Origin: Calditrichota bacterium
Lineage (GTDB): Bacteria > CLD3
DNA length: 64,000 nucleotides
Reading direction: 5' to 3'
Assembly: GCA_008501735.1 (NCBI GenBank)
Contig: QQUF01000040.1
Location: forward strand, 70,431-134,430
Of this stretch, positions 1 to 9,567 are shown one piece after another (the first letter of the stretch is position 1; each line of letters starts with the position of its first letter). The position numbers were made by a program, and so were the translations under genes. The notes below the pieces were generated by a model, which did not search any database, was not told the origin of the DNA, and saw only the letters and a list, made by a program, of their open reading frames with translations.

Positions 1-135
1 CTTCACAATCTTTCTAAGAGATTTTCCCGAAAGCACTTTTAAATCTTACGTTGAGGAAGGTTTGCAATCGATAAAGTAGTTTTTTTATTCGATATAATGA
101 ATTTCAACTAATGATAGATAATAGGAGAAAATAAA

Positions 136-2406
136 ATGCCCTTTAGAGACTCAGATATTGCAAAAGCAATATATAATAGAAATGTTCAAAGTATAGTTTC
201 GTTATTCTTTAAAAACGAAAATAATATACCAAAAATAAAACATGGATTTAATACTGAAACTGAGCTTTGGGATTATAAAAGCAATTCTCCAAAAATAGCA
301 AGAAACGATAAAATAGCTTTAGAAGATTGGGCAGAGATGTGTAAAGATATTTTAGCTTTTCATAATCAAAAAGGAGGAATAATTTTTTTTGGTATTGATG
401 ATGATTTTAAATTTCTTGGGGCAAATACTACATTAGATAGTAAAAAAGTTAATGATAAAATTAAGAAATATTTACCTGATACAATTTGGGTTGAATACCA
501 TAGAGAATTTATACAATCAGATCAAAGGTATTTAGGTATTGCTATAATTCAACCTAGAGGACCTGTTTTTGAAAGATTTACTTACACATCTCCTAAAAAA
601 TATAACGGAAAGCTCATTTTTAAAAAAGGGGACTCAGCGATAAGACAAGGTGATTCTTCCATAATTATAAAACAAAATGAAGTGAATAAATTTCATAGTA
701 ATAAATTAAGCCCAATCCTAAATAAAATTTATACAGTTGATGAAAGTTATTTTAGAATACTACAACCAGATTACAATAAATTTGTAGAAAGAAAAGAACT
801 GTGTAAAGAAGTGTTAAACTCAATAAACGATCCAAGAGTCTCAGTAACATCTTTAATTGGAATTGGAGGAGTTGGTAAAACAGCAACAGCAACTTGGGCA
901 GTTTTAGAAGCCTATAAGAAAAGTCTATTTCGTTTTATTGTTTCAATTACTGCAAAAGACAGAGAACTTACAGCATTTGGTATAAAAGCTTTAGAACCTA
1001 AACTTACTAGCTTTGAGTCTTTGTTGAATGCAATTTTTGATGTACTAGGGTTTCCAGAATTAAAAACTAATAGTATTTTAGAAAAAGAAAAAGAGGCAAA
1101 GGAACTTCTTAAAAACTCTGACGGATTACTTTATGTTGATAATTTGGAAACAGTTGATGACTTAAGGATAATTATGTTTTTAGATTCATTACCTGTTGGA
1201 GTTCACGCGATTGTAACTTCAAGAAGGTCACGTGTTAGAGTTGCAACAAGACCAATTGAGGTAAAACAATTAAATGAGAAAGAGGCCATAAGTTTTATCA
1301 AAACCTTATCAGAAGAATCAGGGTTAAAATATTGTAGTTCATTTTCAAAAAATGAATATTTTAGAATAAGAAACTCATGTGATGGAATCCCATTGGCTAT
1401 GAGATGGACATTAACTAAATCTAAAACACCTCAAGATGCCTTAAGACTTGCTGAAAATATTACACATAGAAGTTTACAAGGGGAAGAGCTATTAGAGTTT
1501 TGTTTTAGGAGAGTTTTCCAAGAAATGGATTCCATTGAAAAAGAAATTTTACAGATTTTGTCAATTTTTAATCACCCAATACAATATGAAGCTATAATTG
1601 TTGGAATGAACATGGATGGGTTACATGAAAGAGTTTCTGATGTAATTGAAGGATTGATTGAAGATGCTTTAGTAAATAGGATTTTTGATACAGAAACGAA
1701 CGACTATAATTTTTTCTTGTCGCCAATTACAAAGTCTTTTATTTATGCTGATGTTAGAAAAGATAAACAATTTGAGAAAAATATTCGAAAGAAACTTACT
1801 CGGTATTTTGAAGCGAATGATATTCAGGGAGAAGAAAAAAGAAAAATTATTAGAGGTATTCGCCAAGGAGAAAGTAATAATGAATCCGCACTCATTGATT
1901 TAGCAATTTCTGCAAAGAGAAAGCATGATATAGATGGAGCCGAAATATTATTGAATCAAGCTCTAAATAGAAACCCGAGAAGTTGGAAAGCTTCGAGAGA
2001 ACTTGCAGAACTTTATAGAAAAAAAGAAAACCTTTCGGAGGCTCTAAAGTTATATGAGCAAGCAGCTATAAATTCTCCTAGAAGAGGCAATGATAAAGCT
2101 TTAATTTATAGAGAATGGGGAATGTTATTAAGACAATCAGGTTTACCTAAAGCAACTGACTACGCCATTGATAAATTTGAAGTCTCATTACTAGAGGCTC
2201 CAAATGATGAAATTACTCTTACGGCAGTTTCTCAACTTTATTATAAAAAAGGAATGAATAAAAAAGTTATAGAATATCTAGAACCATTGATAAATCATCC
2301 TAATCAAAGAACAAGAACCTTTGTTTTGCCTTTGCTTTTAAAAGCTTATAAAAACACAAACGATATTTTAAAAATTGCTCAGGTCAAAAAATTAATGGAA
2401 AATTAG
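136..2406 (+). CDS. STAND/NLR-like NTPase: N-terminal Schlafen/AlbA_2-like domain + NB-ARC P-loop NTPase + C-terminal TPR repeats (candidate antiviral Avs-like sensor)
   Basis: The N-terminus matches the AlbA_2 pattern (ELWDYKS ... FHNQKGGIIFFGIDDD ... GKLIFKKGDSAIR). The NB-ARC motifs are present: Walker A GIGGVGKTATA, Walker B LLYVDNLE, VTSRR, and the GLPLA-like GIPLAM. C-terminal TPR-like repeats are visible (NQALNRNPRSW..AELYRKK..ALKLYEQAA). A TATAAT-like box lies at ~96-101 upstream. Confidence 0.7.
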   Translation: MPFRDSDIAKAIYNRNVQSIVSLFFKNENNIPKIKHGFNTETELWDYKSNSPKIARNDKIALEDWAEMCKDILAFHNQKGGIIFFGIDDDFKFLGANTTLDSKKVNDKIKKYLPDTIWVEYHREFIQSDQRYLGIAIIQPRGPVFERFTYTSPKKYNGKLIFKKGDSAIRQGDSSIIIKQNEVNKFHSNKLSPILNKIYTVDESYFRILQPDYNKFVERKELCKEVLNSINDPRVSVTSLIGIGGVGKTATATWAVLEAYKKSLFRFIVSITAKDRELTAFGIKALEPKLTSFESLLNAIFDVLGFPELKTNSILEKEKEAKELLKNSDGLLYVDNLETVDDLRIIMFLDSLPVGVHAIVTSRRSRVRVATRPIEVKQLNEKEAISFIKTLSEESGLKYCSSFSKNEYFRIRNSCDGIPLAMRWTLTKSKTPQDALRLAENITHRSLQGEELLEFCFRRVFQEMDSIEKEILQILSIFNHPIQYEAIIVGMNMDGLHERVSDVIEGLIEDALVNRIFDTETNDYNFFLSPITKSFIYADVRKDKQFEKNIRKKLTRYFEANDIQGEEKRKIIRGIRQGESNNESALIDLAISAKRKHDIDGAEILLNQALNRNPRSWKASRELAELYRKKENLSEALKLYEQAAINSPRRGNDKALIYREWGMLLRQSGLPKATDYAIDKFEVSLLEAPNDEITLTAVSQLYYKKGMNKKVIEYLEPLINHPNQRTRTFVLPLLLKAYKNTNDILKIAQVKKLMEN

Positions 2407-2439
2407 TAACTTAATTAAATTCAATTCTCCATTTTAGTA

Positions 2440-3366
2440 CTAAGTATATTTTTCGTCACTCCAAGCAACAGAAGAAATTTTCCACTTCTGACTAACTTTG
2501 ACAAACTGAATTGTTTTTATTCCTCTTGAGGTGAAAAGCTCGTTATTTAGGATTCCTGATTTCTCATAAAAACTAAATCTTTGTGCAATGTTTCCGAAAA
2601 TTTTTGTCTCACCTGTGATTTCAAATTCACTGAAATTCGTGAGCGTTCCATCTATCAGCATCTTTTCTCTTGGAGCAATAAAATCTTGCAAATTAGAAAC
2701 AACAGGTTTTCCGTTTGTATTACTGATTAACATTCCTTCGGGAATGCACAAATCGAAAATTTTTTTAAAGTTTGGAACTTTTCCGTCAGTGTTTGTGAAC
2801 AAATCAAAAAATCTTGCAGTTAGTTCGTCAATTTTCTTTTTGTCTTCATTTTGGTTTGGCGGTGCAAAAACCAAAGTATCTCTTTCTTGTGAGTCTTTAA
2901 TACTTTTTTCAAATTGAAGACCAATTTTGTTCAAAAGTTTAATTGAAGTAACATTATTAGGTGCAGTGATTCCGAGAACCTTCTCTAAGTTTAAAGTGGT
3001 CTTTGCGTAAGTCATTGTTGCATTTGCACTCTCAAAACCAAACCCTAAACCTTCGTATTCAGGAAGCATTGCAAAACCAATGTCAACGTCTTCCAAATAA
3101 CCTCGATTGACCAAACCGCACATTCCAATTGGAATTTTTGAGTCTTTTAATTCAACTAACCAAAGTCCGTAACCAAATTTTTTATAACTGCTAATTATCA
3201 CTTTTTCTAAGTAGGTTTTTGCAGCTTCGACAGTTTTTGGTCCGTTTGTGCCAATGAATTTCCGCCAACCTTCCGAATTAACCAATTCAACAGTAAACTC
3301 AGCGTCATCAAAATTAAATTCACGAACTCCTAATCTTGCTGTCTCAAAAATCATTTTTGCATCCAT
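2440..3366 (-). CDS. GNAT family N-acetyltransferase (RimJ/RimL-like) fused to a C-terminal NTF2/SnoaL-like domain
   Basis: The N-terminal 170 aa show an Acetyltransf_3-like pattern (ARLGVREFNFDDAEF..GYGLWLVEL..IGMCGL). The C-terminal ~130 aa are an unrelated small domain. Confidence 0.6.
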   Translation of the reverse strand: MDAKMIFETARLGVREFNFDDAEFTVELVNSEGWRKFIGTNGPKTVEAAKTYLEKVIISSYKKFGYGLWLVELKDSKIPIGMCGLVNRGYLEDVDIGFAMLPEYEGLGFGFESANATMTYAKTTLNLEKVLGITAPNNVTSIKLLNKIGLQFEKSIKDSQERDTLVFAPPNQNEDKKKIDELTARFFDLFTNTDGKVPNFKKIFDLCIPEGMLISNTNGKPVVSNLQDFIAPREKMLIDGTLTNFSEFEITGETKIFGNIAQRFSFYEKSGILNNELFTSRGIKTIQFVKVSQKWKISSVAWSDEKYT

Positions 3367-3379
3367 TTAGTTTTTTAGG

Positions 3380-3862
3380 TTAAATTTTTAATGTTAATTC
3401 TGGAAAAAAAGGTTCTTCAAATCCTATGTTTTTGTAAACTCCAATTCCATCTTTTGTAGCGTGTAAATGCACAAACTCTAATTCCATTCCTTTTGCTTCT
3501 TCTTTTAACTTTTCTAATAAAATTGATGCTACACCTTTTTTTCTGAATTCTTTCAGAGTAAACATATTCAAAATGTATCCGCGTTTTCCTGATTTACCAA
3601 TTCCGGAATAACTTGGTGGAGCTTTCCAAATTACGAGACAACTTGTACCAATTACTTGATTTTTGTATTCTGCGAACCAAGCAATTAATGTTTTATCTGA
3701 CAATGCTTTGCTAAAATACTCGTTTAAGCAATTTCTAAGTTTTTCCGATTCTAATTCTGTCTTATTTGGAAATATTTCATTTAAAAATTCAATTCTGTAA
3801 TTTGTTAAAACAGAAATATCTTTTTCTTCTGCTTTTCTATAAGAAATCTTTTTTGAGTCCAT
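3380..3862 (-). CDS. GNAT family N-acetyltransferase
   Basis: 160 aa with the GNAT core motif (RKKGVASILLEKLKEEAKGMELEFVHLHAT). Confidence 0.7.
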   Translation of the reverse strand: MDSKKISYRKAEEKDISVLTNYRIEFLNEIFPNKTELESEKLRNCLNEYFSKALSDKTLIAWFAEYKNQVIGTSCLVIWKAPPSYSGIGKSGKRGYILNMFTLKEFRKKGVASILLEKLKEEAKGMELEFVHLHATKDGIGVYKNIGFEEPFFPELTLKI

Positions 3863-3889
3863 AAACTTACCTAAAACAAAATCAGTTAC

Positions 3890-6727
3890 TTATTTTAATA
3901 ATGTCATTCTTTTTCTAACGGAATAATTTCCTGCTTTGAGTCTGTAAAAATAAACTCCACTTCCAACTTGTTTTCCAAGCTCGTCAGTTCCGTTCCAAAC
4001 AACAGAACCTTTTGCTTTGTCCAAGACAAACTCTTTCACCTTTTTACCCAAAATATCAAAAATTACCAATTTACCTTTCTCGTAATTCGTAATTCGTAAT
4101 TCGTAATTTATAGAAGTTGAAGGGTTGAATGGGTTTGGGTAGTTTTGACTTAAGTAAAAATCCTCTGGAGTAGAGTTCAGATTTTCCTCTAAAGAAACAC
4201 CTGTGTCCACCAGAAAGCACTGAAAGTTTTCATTTGTAGTTTGTGAAGTTCCTTGTTCCTTGAAAAATTCTTCATTTTCAGCTTTGACACTAAAACAGTA
4301 ATTTCCAGTTGGCAAAGTTCCTGCCTGAATTGTTGCAAATGTGTCAGTTGTCGTAATTACTAAAAGTGAATCGGCAAAGTTAGAGGTTGAATCAATAACA
4401 ACGGTGTAAGTAACAACGCTTCCATTTGGCGAAGAAGTTGATTCCCAAGTCAAGTTGAAATCTGAATCAGTAAAAACGGTGTCGTTTTCGGAAGGCGTTA
4501 AAAGGCTAAAATCTTCTAAGAACAATTCATTCACATCAAGTGTAAACATTGACCTTCCGTAAGTTCCGACAAGTAAAGTTCGAGTTGGATTGTGAATTTT
4601 AATTTCGTTAATCGGAACAGTCGGAATTTGTTCTCCAAGAAAGTGCCAATCTTCACCCAAATTAGTTGTGTAAAACGGTCCAACGTCAGTTCCGATGTAA
4701 AGAACTTCGTTGTCAACAGAGTCAACAATTACAGAATTTATCGGAGCATCAGGCAAATTTGAAGCGATTGAAGTCCAAGTCTGACCGAAGTCTTCTGTTC
4801 TAAAAATGTGTGGAAGGTTTTCGTCAATTCTGAAACCTGAAAGCGTAACGTAAGCAACTGAATCGGCGTAAAGGTCAGTCATTACTCTTGTAATCCAACG
4901 AGTCGGAAGTTGGGCAGAAATTTCAGTCCAAGAAGTTCCGCCGTTTGTCGTTACTTGAACTGTTCCGTCGTCGCAACCAACATAAATTATGTCAGAGTTT
5001 ACAGGCGAAACGGCAATTGTAGTGATTGTTCCAAAAGTGTAACTTCCACTTCCCGGACCTTGTGTCAAGTCAGGTGAAATAGGACTCCAAGAAATTGCGG
5101 AATTTGTACTTTTGTAAAGTTTGTTGCTTCCATAAAAAAGTGTGTTCGGGTCAAAAGGATCGAAAACAACAGGAGTTTGCCAATTTTTTCTGTCTGAATT
5201 ACTAATTCCTTGAGTTGCACTTTGAAAACTAAAACCGCCGTCAGTTGAACGCTGTAAATTTCCGTACTGATATTCGCAATAAATTTTGTTTGAATTAGTT
5301 CTGTCCACTAAAACATAAAATCCGTCTCCGCCAAAAATATTCTGAAAATTCGTTCCGTTGACTTGTTGTAAAGTTCCGTTGTCTTGAGCTCCACCATAAA
5401 TTTTTGTTGGATTCAAGTAGTCAAATTCCACGTTGTAAAATTGGTTGTTGGGTAAGCCGTTTAGTTTGAACCAAGTGTTTCCGCCGTTGCTTGAAGTGTA
5501 AAGTCCTCCGTCGTTACCACAGAAAATTTTGTTCGGATTATTTGGGAAAATGTAAATTGCGTGATGGTCAACGTGCATTGAACTTCCTGTAATATTCCAC
5601 GAATTTCCGCCGTCAGTTGAATTGTAAAGATTCAAACCTGAAAGAAAAAGATTGTCGGGATTTGTTGGGTCAACCCAAAGTCTGTTGAACCACCAACCAA
5701 AAGATGAAAGTGCGTTGTTAAGGTCAGTTGTTGGACTTTGTGTCCACGAATTTCCACCATCAGTAGTTTTGTAAAATCCGTCAAAGTAACCGATTTGGTC
5801 AATGTAACTTGCGTAAAGAATGTTTGGACTTGAATTTGAAATTGCGAGACCGATTCTTCCACTGTTTGCACTTGCTTGTGGCAAGCCGTTTATTAGCAAA
5901 TTCCAAGTTGTTCCGCCGTCAGTTGAACGGTAAATTCCACTTCCTTCGCCTCCGTAAACTCTGTTCTCAGGAGTTCGGATTCGTTGCCACATTGCTGCAT
6001 AAATTGTATTTGGATTGTTAGGGTTTATCGCTAAATCAATTGCTCCTGTCGAATCGTTGACTGCCAAAACTTGTTGCCAAGTTTGACCTGCGTCTGTCGA
6101 GCGGTAAACTCCTCTTTCAGAATTTGTAGAAAAAAGTGAACCCATTGCCGCAACAAAAATGTTATTCGAGTTTTGCGGGTCAATTACGATTTTGCTAATG
6201 TAGTAAGAATCGGGCAAACCAATATTTGTCCAAGAATTTCCGCCGTCAGTTGACTTTGAAACTCCAAAACCTGCGTAACAAACACTTCCTCCTCCGGCAT
6301 TTGGCTCACCTTGTCCGACGTAAATTGTATTTTCGTCATTCGGGTCAATTGCAATGTCGCCGATTGAAAGCGAAAGCTCGGAATCAAAAATCGGAGTAAA
6401 ACTTGTGGCATTGTTTGTAGTCTTGAAAACTCCACCACTTGCACTTCCGATGTAAACTGTGCCTGGAGTATTTGGGTGAGCTTCAATGTCTGTAATTCTT
6501 CCGCCAATGTTTGTCGGGCCAACTTGAATCCAATCAGGTTGATTCTGAGTTTGAGCGATTTGCTGCATTCCCTTGGTTTTGAGAAGAGCTTCTTTGTAAG
6601 CACGTTGGTTTATGTCTTTTGCAGGATAAGATTTTTCAATAAAAAACCAATCGTTTGGTGCTTTAGGTGGCTTTTGTTCCGCACAAGAAATTGTGAAGAT
6701 TAGCGTTAAAAGTAAAAGTATTTTCAT
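3890..6727 (-). CDS. secreted BNR/sortilin (GH74-like) repeat protein with T9SS C-terminal sorting domain
   Basis: Multiple BNR motifs are present (STDGGNSW, STDAGQTW, TTDGGNSW, STDGGTTW). The C-terminus carries NYPNPFNPSTSINYEL..GVYFYRLKAG...LLK. The likely true start is MKILLLLTLIFTISC (lipoprotein-like signal) at 6727, not the 6808 of the ORF track. Confidence 0.75.
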   Translation of the reverse strand: MKILLLLTLIFTISCAEQKPPKAPNDWFFIEKSYPAKDINQRAYKEALLKTKGMQQIAQTQNQPDWIQVGPTNIGGRITDIEAHPNTPGTVYIGSASGGVFKTTNNATSFTPIFDSELSLSIGDIAIDPNDENTIYVGQGEPNAGGGSVCYAGFGVSKSTDGGNSWTNIGLPDSYYISKIVIDPQNSNNIFVAAMGSLFSTNSERGVYRSTDAGQTWQQVLAVNDSTGAIDLAINPNNPNTIYAAMWQRIRTPENRVYGGEGSGIYRSTDGGTTWNLLINGLPQASANSGRIGLAISNSSPNILYASYIDQIGYFDGFYKTTDGGNSWTQSPTTDLNNALSSFGWWFNRLWVDPTNPDNLFLSGLNLYNSTDGGNSWNITGSSMHVDHHAIYIFPNNPNKIFCGNDGGLYTSSNGGNTWFKLNGLPNNQFYNVEFDYLNPTKIYGGAQDNGTLQQVNGTNFQNIFGGDGFYVLVDRTNSNKIYCEYQYGNLQRSTDGGFSFQSATQGISNSDRKNWQTPVVFDPFDPNTLFYGSNKLYKSTNSAISWSPISPDLTQGPGSGSYTFGTITTIAVSPVNSDIIYVGCDDGTVQVTTNGGTSWTEISAQLPTRWITRVMTDLYADSVAYVTLSGFRIDENLPHIFRTEDFGQTWTSIASNLPDAPINSVIVDSVDNEVLYIGTDVGPFYTTNLGEDWHFLGEQIPTVPINEIKIHNPTRTLLVGTYGRSMFTLDVNELFLEDFSLLTPSENDTVFTDSDFNLTWESTSSPNGSVVTYTVVIDSTSNFADSLLVITTTDTFATIQAGTLPTGNYCFSVKAENEEFFKEQGTSQTTNENFQCFLVDTGVSLEENLNSTPEDFYLSQNYPNPFNPSTSINYELRITNYEKGKLVIFDILGKKVKEFVLDKAKGSVVWNGTDELGKQVGSGVYFYRLKAGNYSVRKRMTLLK
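4081..4108. repeat. perfect 4x heptanucleotide tandem repeat (cgtaatt)4 inside the T9SS CTD coding region
   Basis: Read directly from the sequence. It encodes ..INYELRITNYE.. on the minus strand. The unit length is not a multiple of 3. Confidence 0.9.
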
Positions 6728-6877
6728 TTTAAACTCTCTGTTTTGAATAGTTTCAATAAAATTTAAGCAAGAAACCCAAAAAATCACAACATTCAAATTT
6801 TTCACCAATCATTATCATTGCATTTTAGAGTCTTAGAAATTACATTTTCCACTTAATCAAAACAGCAAGGAAAACCA

Positions 6878-8221
6878 ATGCTAACTAAAGACCAATTTGC
6901 CGACCTTTCGGAAAAAATTATAAAATTATCTCCTGCAAATGAGACAGAAGTAAGTTATGCAGGAAGTGAAAATTCCCTGACAAGATTTTCGAATAATATC
7001 ATTACTCAAAATGTTATCAAAAAGGACGAATCAATTTCAATTTTATTAGTAAAAGAAGGTAAAACAAGTCGTGTGAGAATTCACGAATTTGACGACGAGT
7101 CAATTAATAAAGCCTTCAAAAATGGAATGGAAATTATGAGCCTTTCCAAAGAACACGATAAATTCCTTCCGTTGCCTGAAGCACAAAAATATCAAGAAAT
7201 CAGAAATTGCTTTTTTGAAGACACAGCCAATTTTTCACCGATTGAAAGAGCAGAGCAGATTTCATTCGCAGTGAAAGAAGCGGAAGCTAAAAAATTATCA
7301 ATGGCAGGAATTTATACTTCAGGTGAAACTCGTTCTGCAATGGCAAATTCAAATGGTTTAATAGCATTTGACAAAAGAACAAATGCACAAGTTTCATTAA
7401 CTGCACAATCTGAGACAAGTTATGGTTGGGCAGAAGACGGAAACAGAGACGTTGCCAAAATTGACATCGAAAAAGCAACTCAAACGGCAATCGAAAAATG
7501 CCTTACAAGCCAAAACCCAACCGAAATTGAACCCGGAAAATACGATGTAGTTTTGGAAGCTCCTTGTGTAACTGACTTTCTTTCTTACTTGAATTGGAAA
7601 GCATTCGGTGGACTTGCTTACTTGGAAAATAGAAGTTTTATGGCAGGTAAACTCGGTCAAAAAATCTTTGGTGAAAACATCACAATCAAAGAAAATGCTT
7701 TCAACGAAATGAATCCGGGAAAACCTTACGATGGAGAAGGAATGCCAAAGAAACCTGTAACTCTCATCGAAAACGGTGTTTTAAAAGAAATCGTTCACGA
7801 CCGATACACAGCTCAAAAAGTTGGGACTGAATCAACAGGTCACGGTTTTGGATTTCCAAATTCAATTGGACCTTACCCTTCAAATCTCGAACTTTCAGCA
7901 GGAAACTCAAGCCTTGAAGAAATGATTGCTTCAACAGAAAGAGGACTTTTGGTAACTCATTTTCACTACACGAACACACTTGACCATTTTAATTTAATTT
8001 TGACAGGAATGACTCGCGACGGACTTTGGTTAATCGAAAATGGTAAAATTTCAAGACCAGTGATGAATCTTCGTTTCACCGACAGTATTCCACGAGTTAT
8101 GAACAACATCGAATTGATTTCAAAAGAATTGCAATTCAAACACACATTTTGGGGAAGCGGATTCGTTGTTCCTTCAATCAAAGTAAAAGACTTCAACTTC
8201 TCAAGCAAAACGGAAAGGTAG
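6878..8221 (+). CDS. pmbA: TldE/PmbA family metalloprotease-like protein
   Basis: 447 aa in the TldD/PmbA fold without an HExxxH motif. It sits in the canonical neighbourhood with tldD. Confidence 0.75.
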   Translation: MLTKDQFADLSEKIIKLSPANETEVSYAGSENSLTRFSNNIITQNVIKKDESISILLVKEGKTSRVRIHEFDDESINKAFKNGMEIMSLSKEHDKFLPLPEAQKYQEIRNCFFEDTANFSPIERAEQISFAVKEAEAKKLSMAGIYTSGETRSAMANSNGLIAFDKRTNAQVSLTAQSETSYGWAEDGNRDVAKIDIEKATQTAIEKCLTSQNPTEIEPGKYDVVLEAPCVTDFLSYLNWKAFGGLAYLENRSFMAGKLGQKIFGENITIKENAFNEMNPGKPYDGEGMPKKPVTLIENGVLKEIVHDRYTAQKVGTESTGHGFGFPNSIGPYPSNLELSAGNSSLEEMIASTERGLLVTHFHYTNTLDHFNLILTGMTRDGLWLIENGKISRPVMNLRFTDSIPRVMNNIELISKELQFKHTFWGSGFVVPSIKVKDFNFSSKTER

Positions 8222-8229
8222 GAATTCCG

Positions 8230-9567
8230 ATGCTAATTTTAGAAGAACTCGAAATTGTAAAATTTAAAAACGATTACGGCGACGAACTCATCACAAACCA
8301 AAAGATGAAATTCGGCAAAAGTTTAAATTTACTCATCGGTCCAAATGGTGGTGGGAAAACTACTTTATTAAAAATTTTACAGGCTTGTGTTTCATTTGAT
8401 TTTGAGGAACTGAAAGAGAATGAATTTGAGATAAAAGTAAAAGGTGAAGTCTATTTTTTGGGTATTAAGCGAGCAAAAATCCAAGCAGAATTTGATTCAA
8501 TAAAGAAGAAAACAAAGATAGAAGAAAAGGTTGAGCTTCAAGCAATCAAGAAAAATACCGATAGAACTAGGCAAAAAAATATTTTAAACTTCAAAATCAA
8601 TTATAGCTTTGATGATGGAAATCCTAACTTCACTATTAATAAGAGAAGTAATGAAATTAATATTTACGAAAATGAAGCTCTTAAAAAAAATAAAGATTTT
8701 TATAGTGATAATTGGAACTTTGGTGATTTCTTTTCTGACTTAAAAGTAGAAACGCAAAATGATAAAAAGTTTTTAAACCATAGTAAGTTGTCTTTTCTCC
8801 AAACTCCTTCAATGTACCGTAGAGGAGTTGAAGATATTTCCGAATTAGAAGCTATCTTAAGAAAGACAATAAAAACTTATATTTTAGGAAAACCTAAATT
8901 TAATCCTTTTCCTTCTTACCTTTTCAGTGAACCAGAATATGGTGAGTTAAATAACATTATTTTTTGGGAACTTGGTAAGTTTTTAGAAAACCATAAAGAT
9001 TATAAAAAAATAATTGAAATTGATAATTTAGACTTAGAATTCAAAAGTGATTTTTTGCAAAGAATTAAGCAAAAATATACTTTTTTTGATTCTTTTATAA
9101 TCAGATTCAGTGATAAAATTACTTCCAAAGAGGAAATTGAATACCGAGATGGAAAAATTATTTTCTTTAAAAATAAAAGAGAAATGGATTTTAATAAAGC
9201 CACAACTTGGGGGCAAAAAAGATTCATTTATTTATTAAGTAAAATTGAGGCTCAAGATACACCTCTAATTGATGAAATAGAAAATGGCTTTCACCCGAAA
9301 ATGGTGAGGGATTTGATAAATAGTATTTATGAACAAAAGCCACAAAAACAAGCTTTTGTTACTACTCACAGTCATCACATTATCAACAGTCTAAATTACG
9401 ACTCAATGGAAGAACTTGGTAAGTCAATTGTGCTTTGTAAAATTAGCAAGGAAGAAAAGCTTACTTTCGCAAACTTGAAAGGTAAAAATCTAGAAGTTAA
9501 TTTTAATAAAGTCAGAACTGGGTTAGTAGATTTACCAGAATCTTTACTTTTTGAGGGAATTTGGTAG
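8230..9567 (+). CDS. ABC/AAA_21-type (SMC-like) ATPase, OLD/PARIS-AriA-like. First gene of an inserted 2-gene cassette.
   Basis: Walker A LLIGPNGGGKTTLLK follows an SMC-like N-terminus (LEELEIVKFKN). A signature-like TTWGQKRF, Walker B LIDEIENGFHP and H-loop AFVTTHSHH are present. The ORF-track start 8149 overlaps pmbA. The internal ATG at 8230 (MLILEEL) lies 8 nt after the pmbA stop. The region is AT-richer than its flanks. Confidence 0.7.
   Translation: MLILEELEIVKFKNDYGDELITNQKMKFGKSLNLLIGPNGGGKTTLLKILQACVSFDFEELKENEFEIKVKGEVYFLGIKRAKIQAEFDSIKKKTKIEEKVELQAIKKNTDRTRQKNILNFKINYSFDDGNPNFTINKRSNEINIYENEALKKNKDFYSDNWNFGDFFSDLKVETQNDKKFLNHSKLSFLQTPSMYRRGVEDISELEAILRKTIKTYILGKPKFNPFPSYLFSEPEYGELNNIIFWELGKFLENHKDYKKIIEIDNLDLEFKSDFLQRIKQKYTFFDSFIIRFSDKITSKEEIEYRDGKIIFFKNKREMDFNKATTWGQKRFIYLLSKIEAQDTPLIDEIENGFHPKMVRDLINSIYEQKPQKQAFVTTHSHHIINSLNYDSMEELGKSIVLCKISKEEKLTFANLKGKNLEVNFNKVRTGLVDLPESLLFEGIW

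Noticed and set aside
1669-1903. Small ORFs on both strands inside the STAND NTPase gene, and the many other 60-120 aa antisense or overlapping ORFs in the track (e.g. 4531-4728, 5632-5871, 13048-13233, 19294-20720 group, 28176-31333 group)
   Set aside because: They lie entirely within long, motif-supported genes on the opposite strand or in an alternative frame. They have low-complexity or biased composition and no recognisable motifs. They are treated as spurious.
8149-8229. ORF-track start of the ATPase at 8149, overlapping pmbA by 73 nt
   Set aside because: An in-frame ATG at 8230 (MLILEEL) lies just past the pmbA stop, and the N-terminal SMC-like motif begins there. The upstream extension (MGKRIRCSF...) looks like read-through of non-coding frame.
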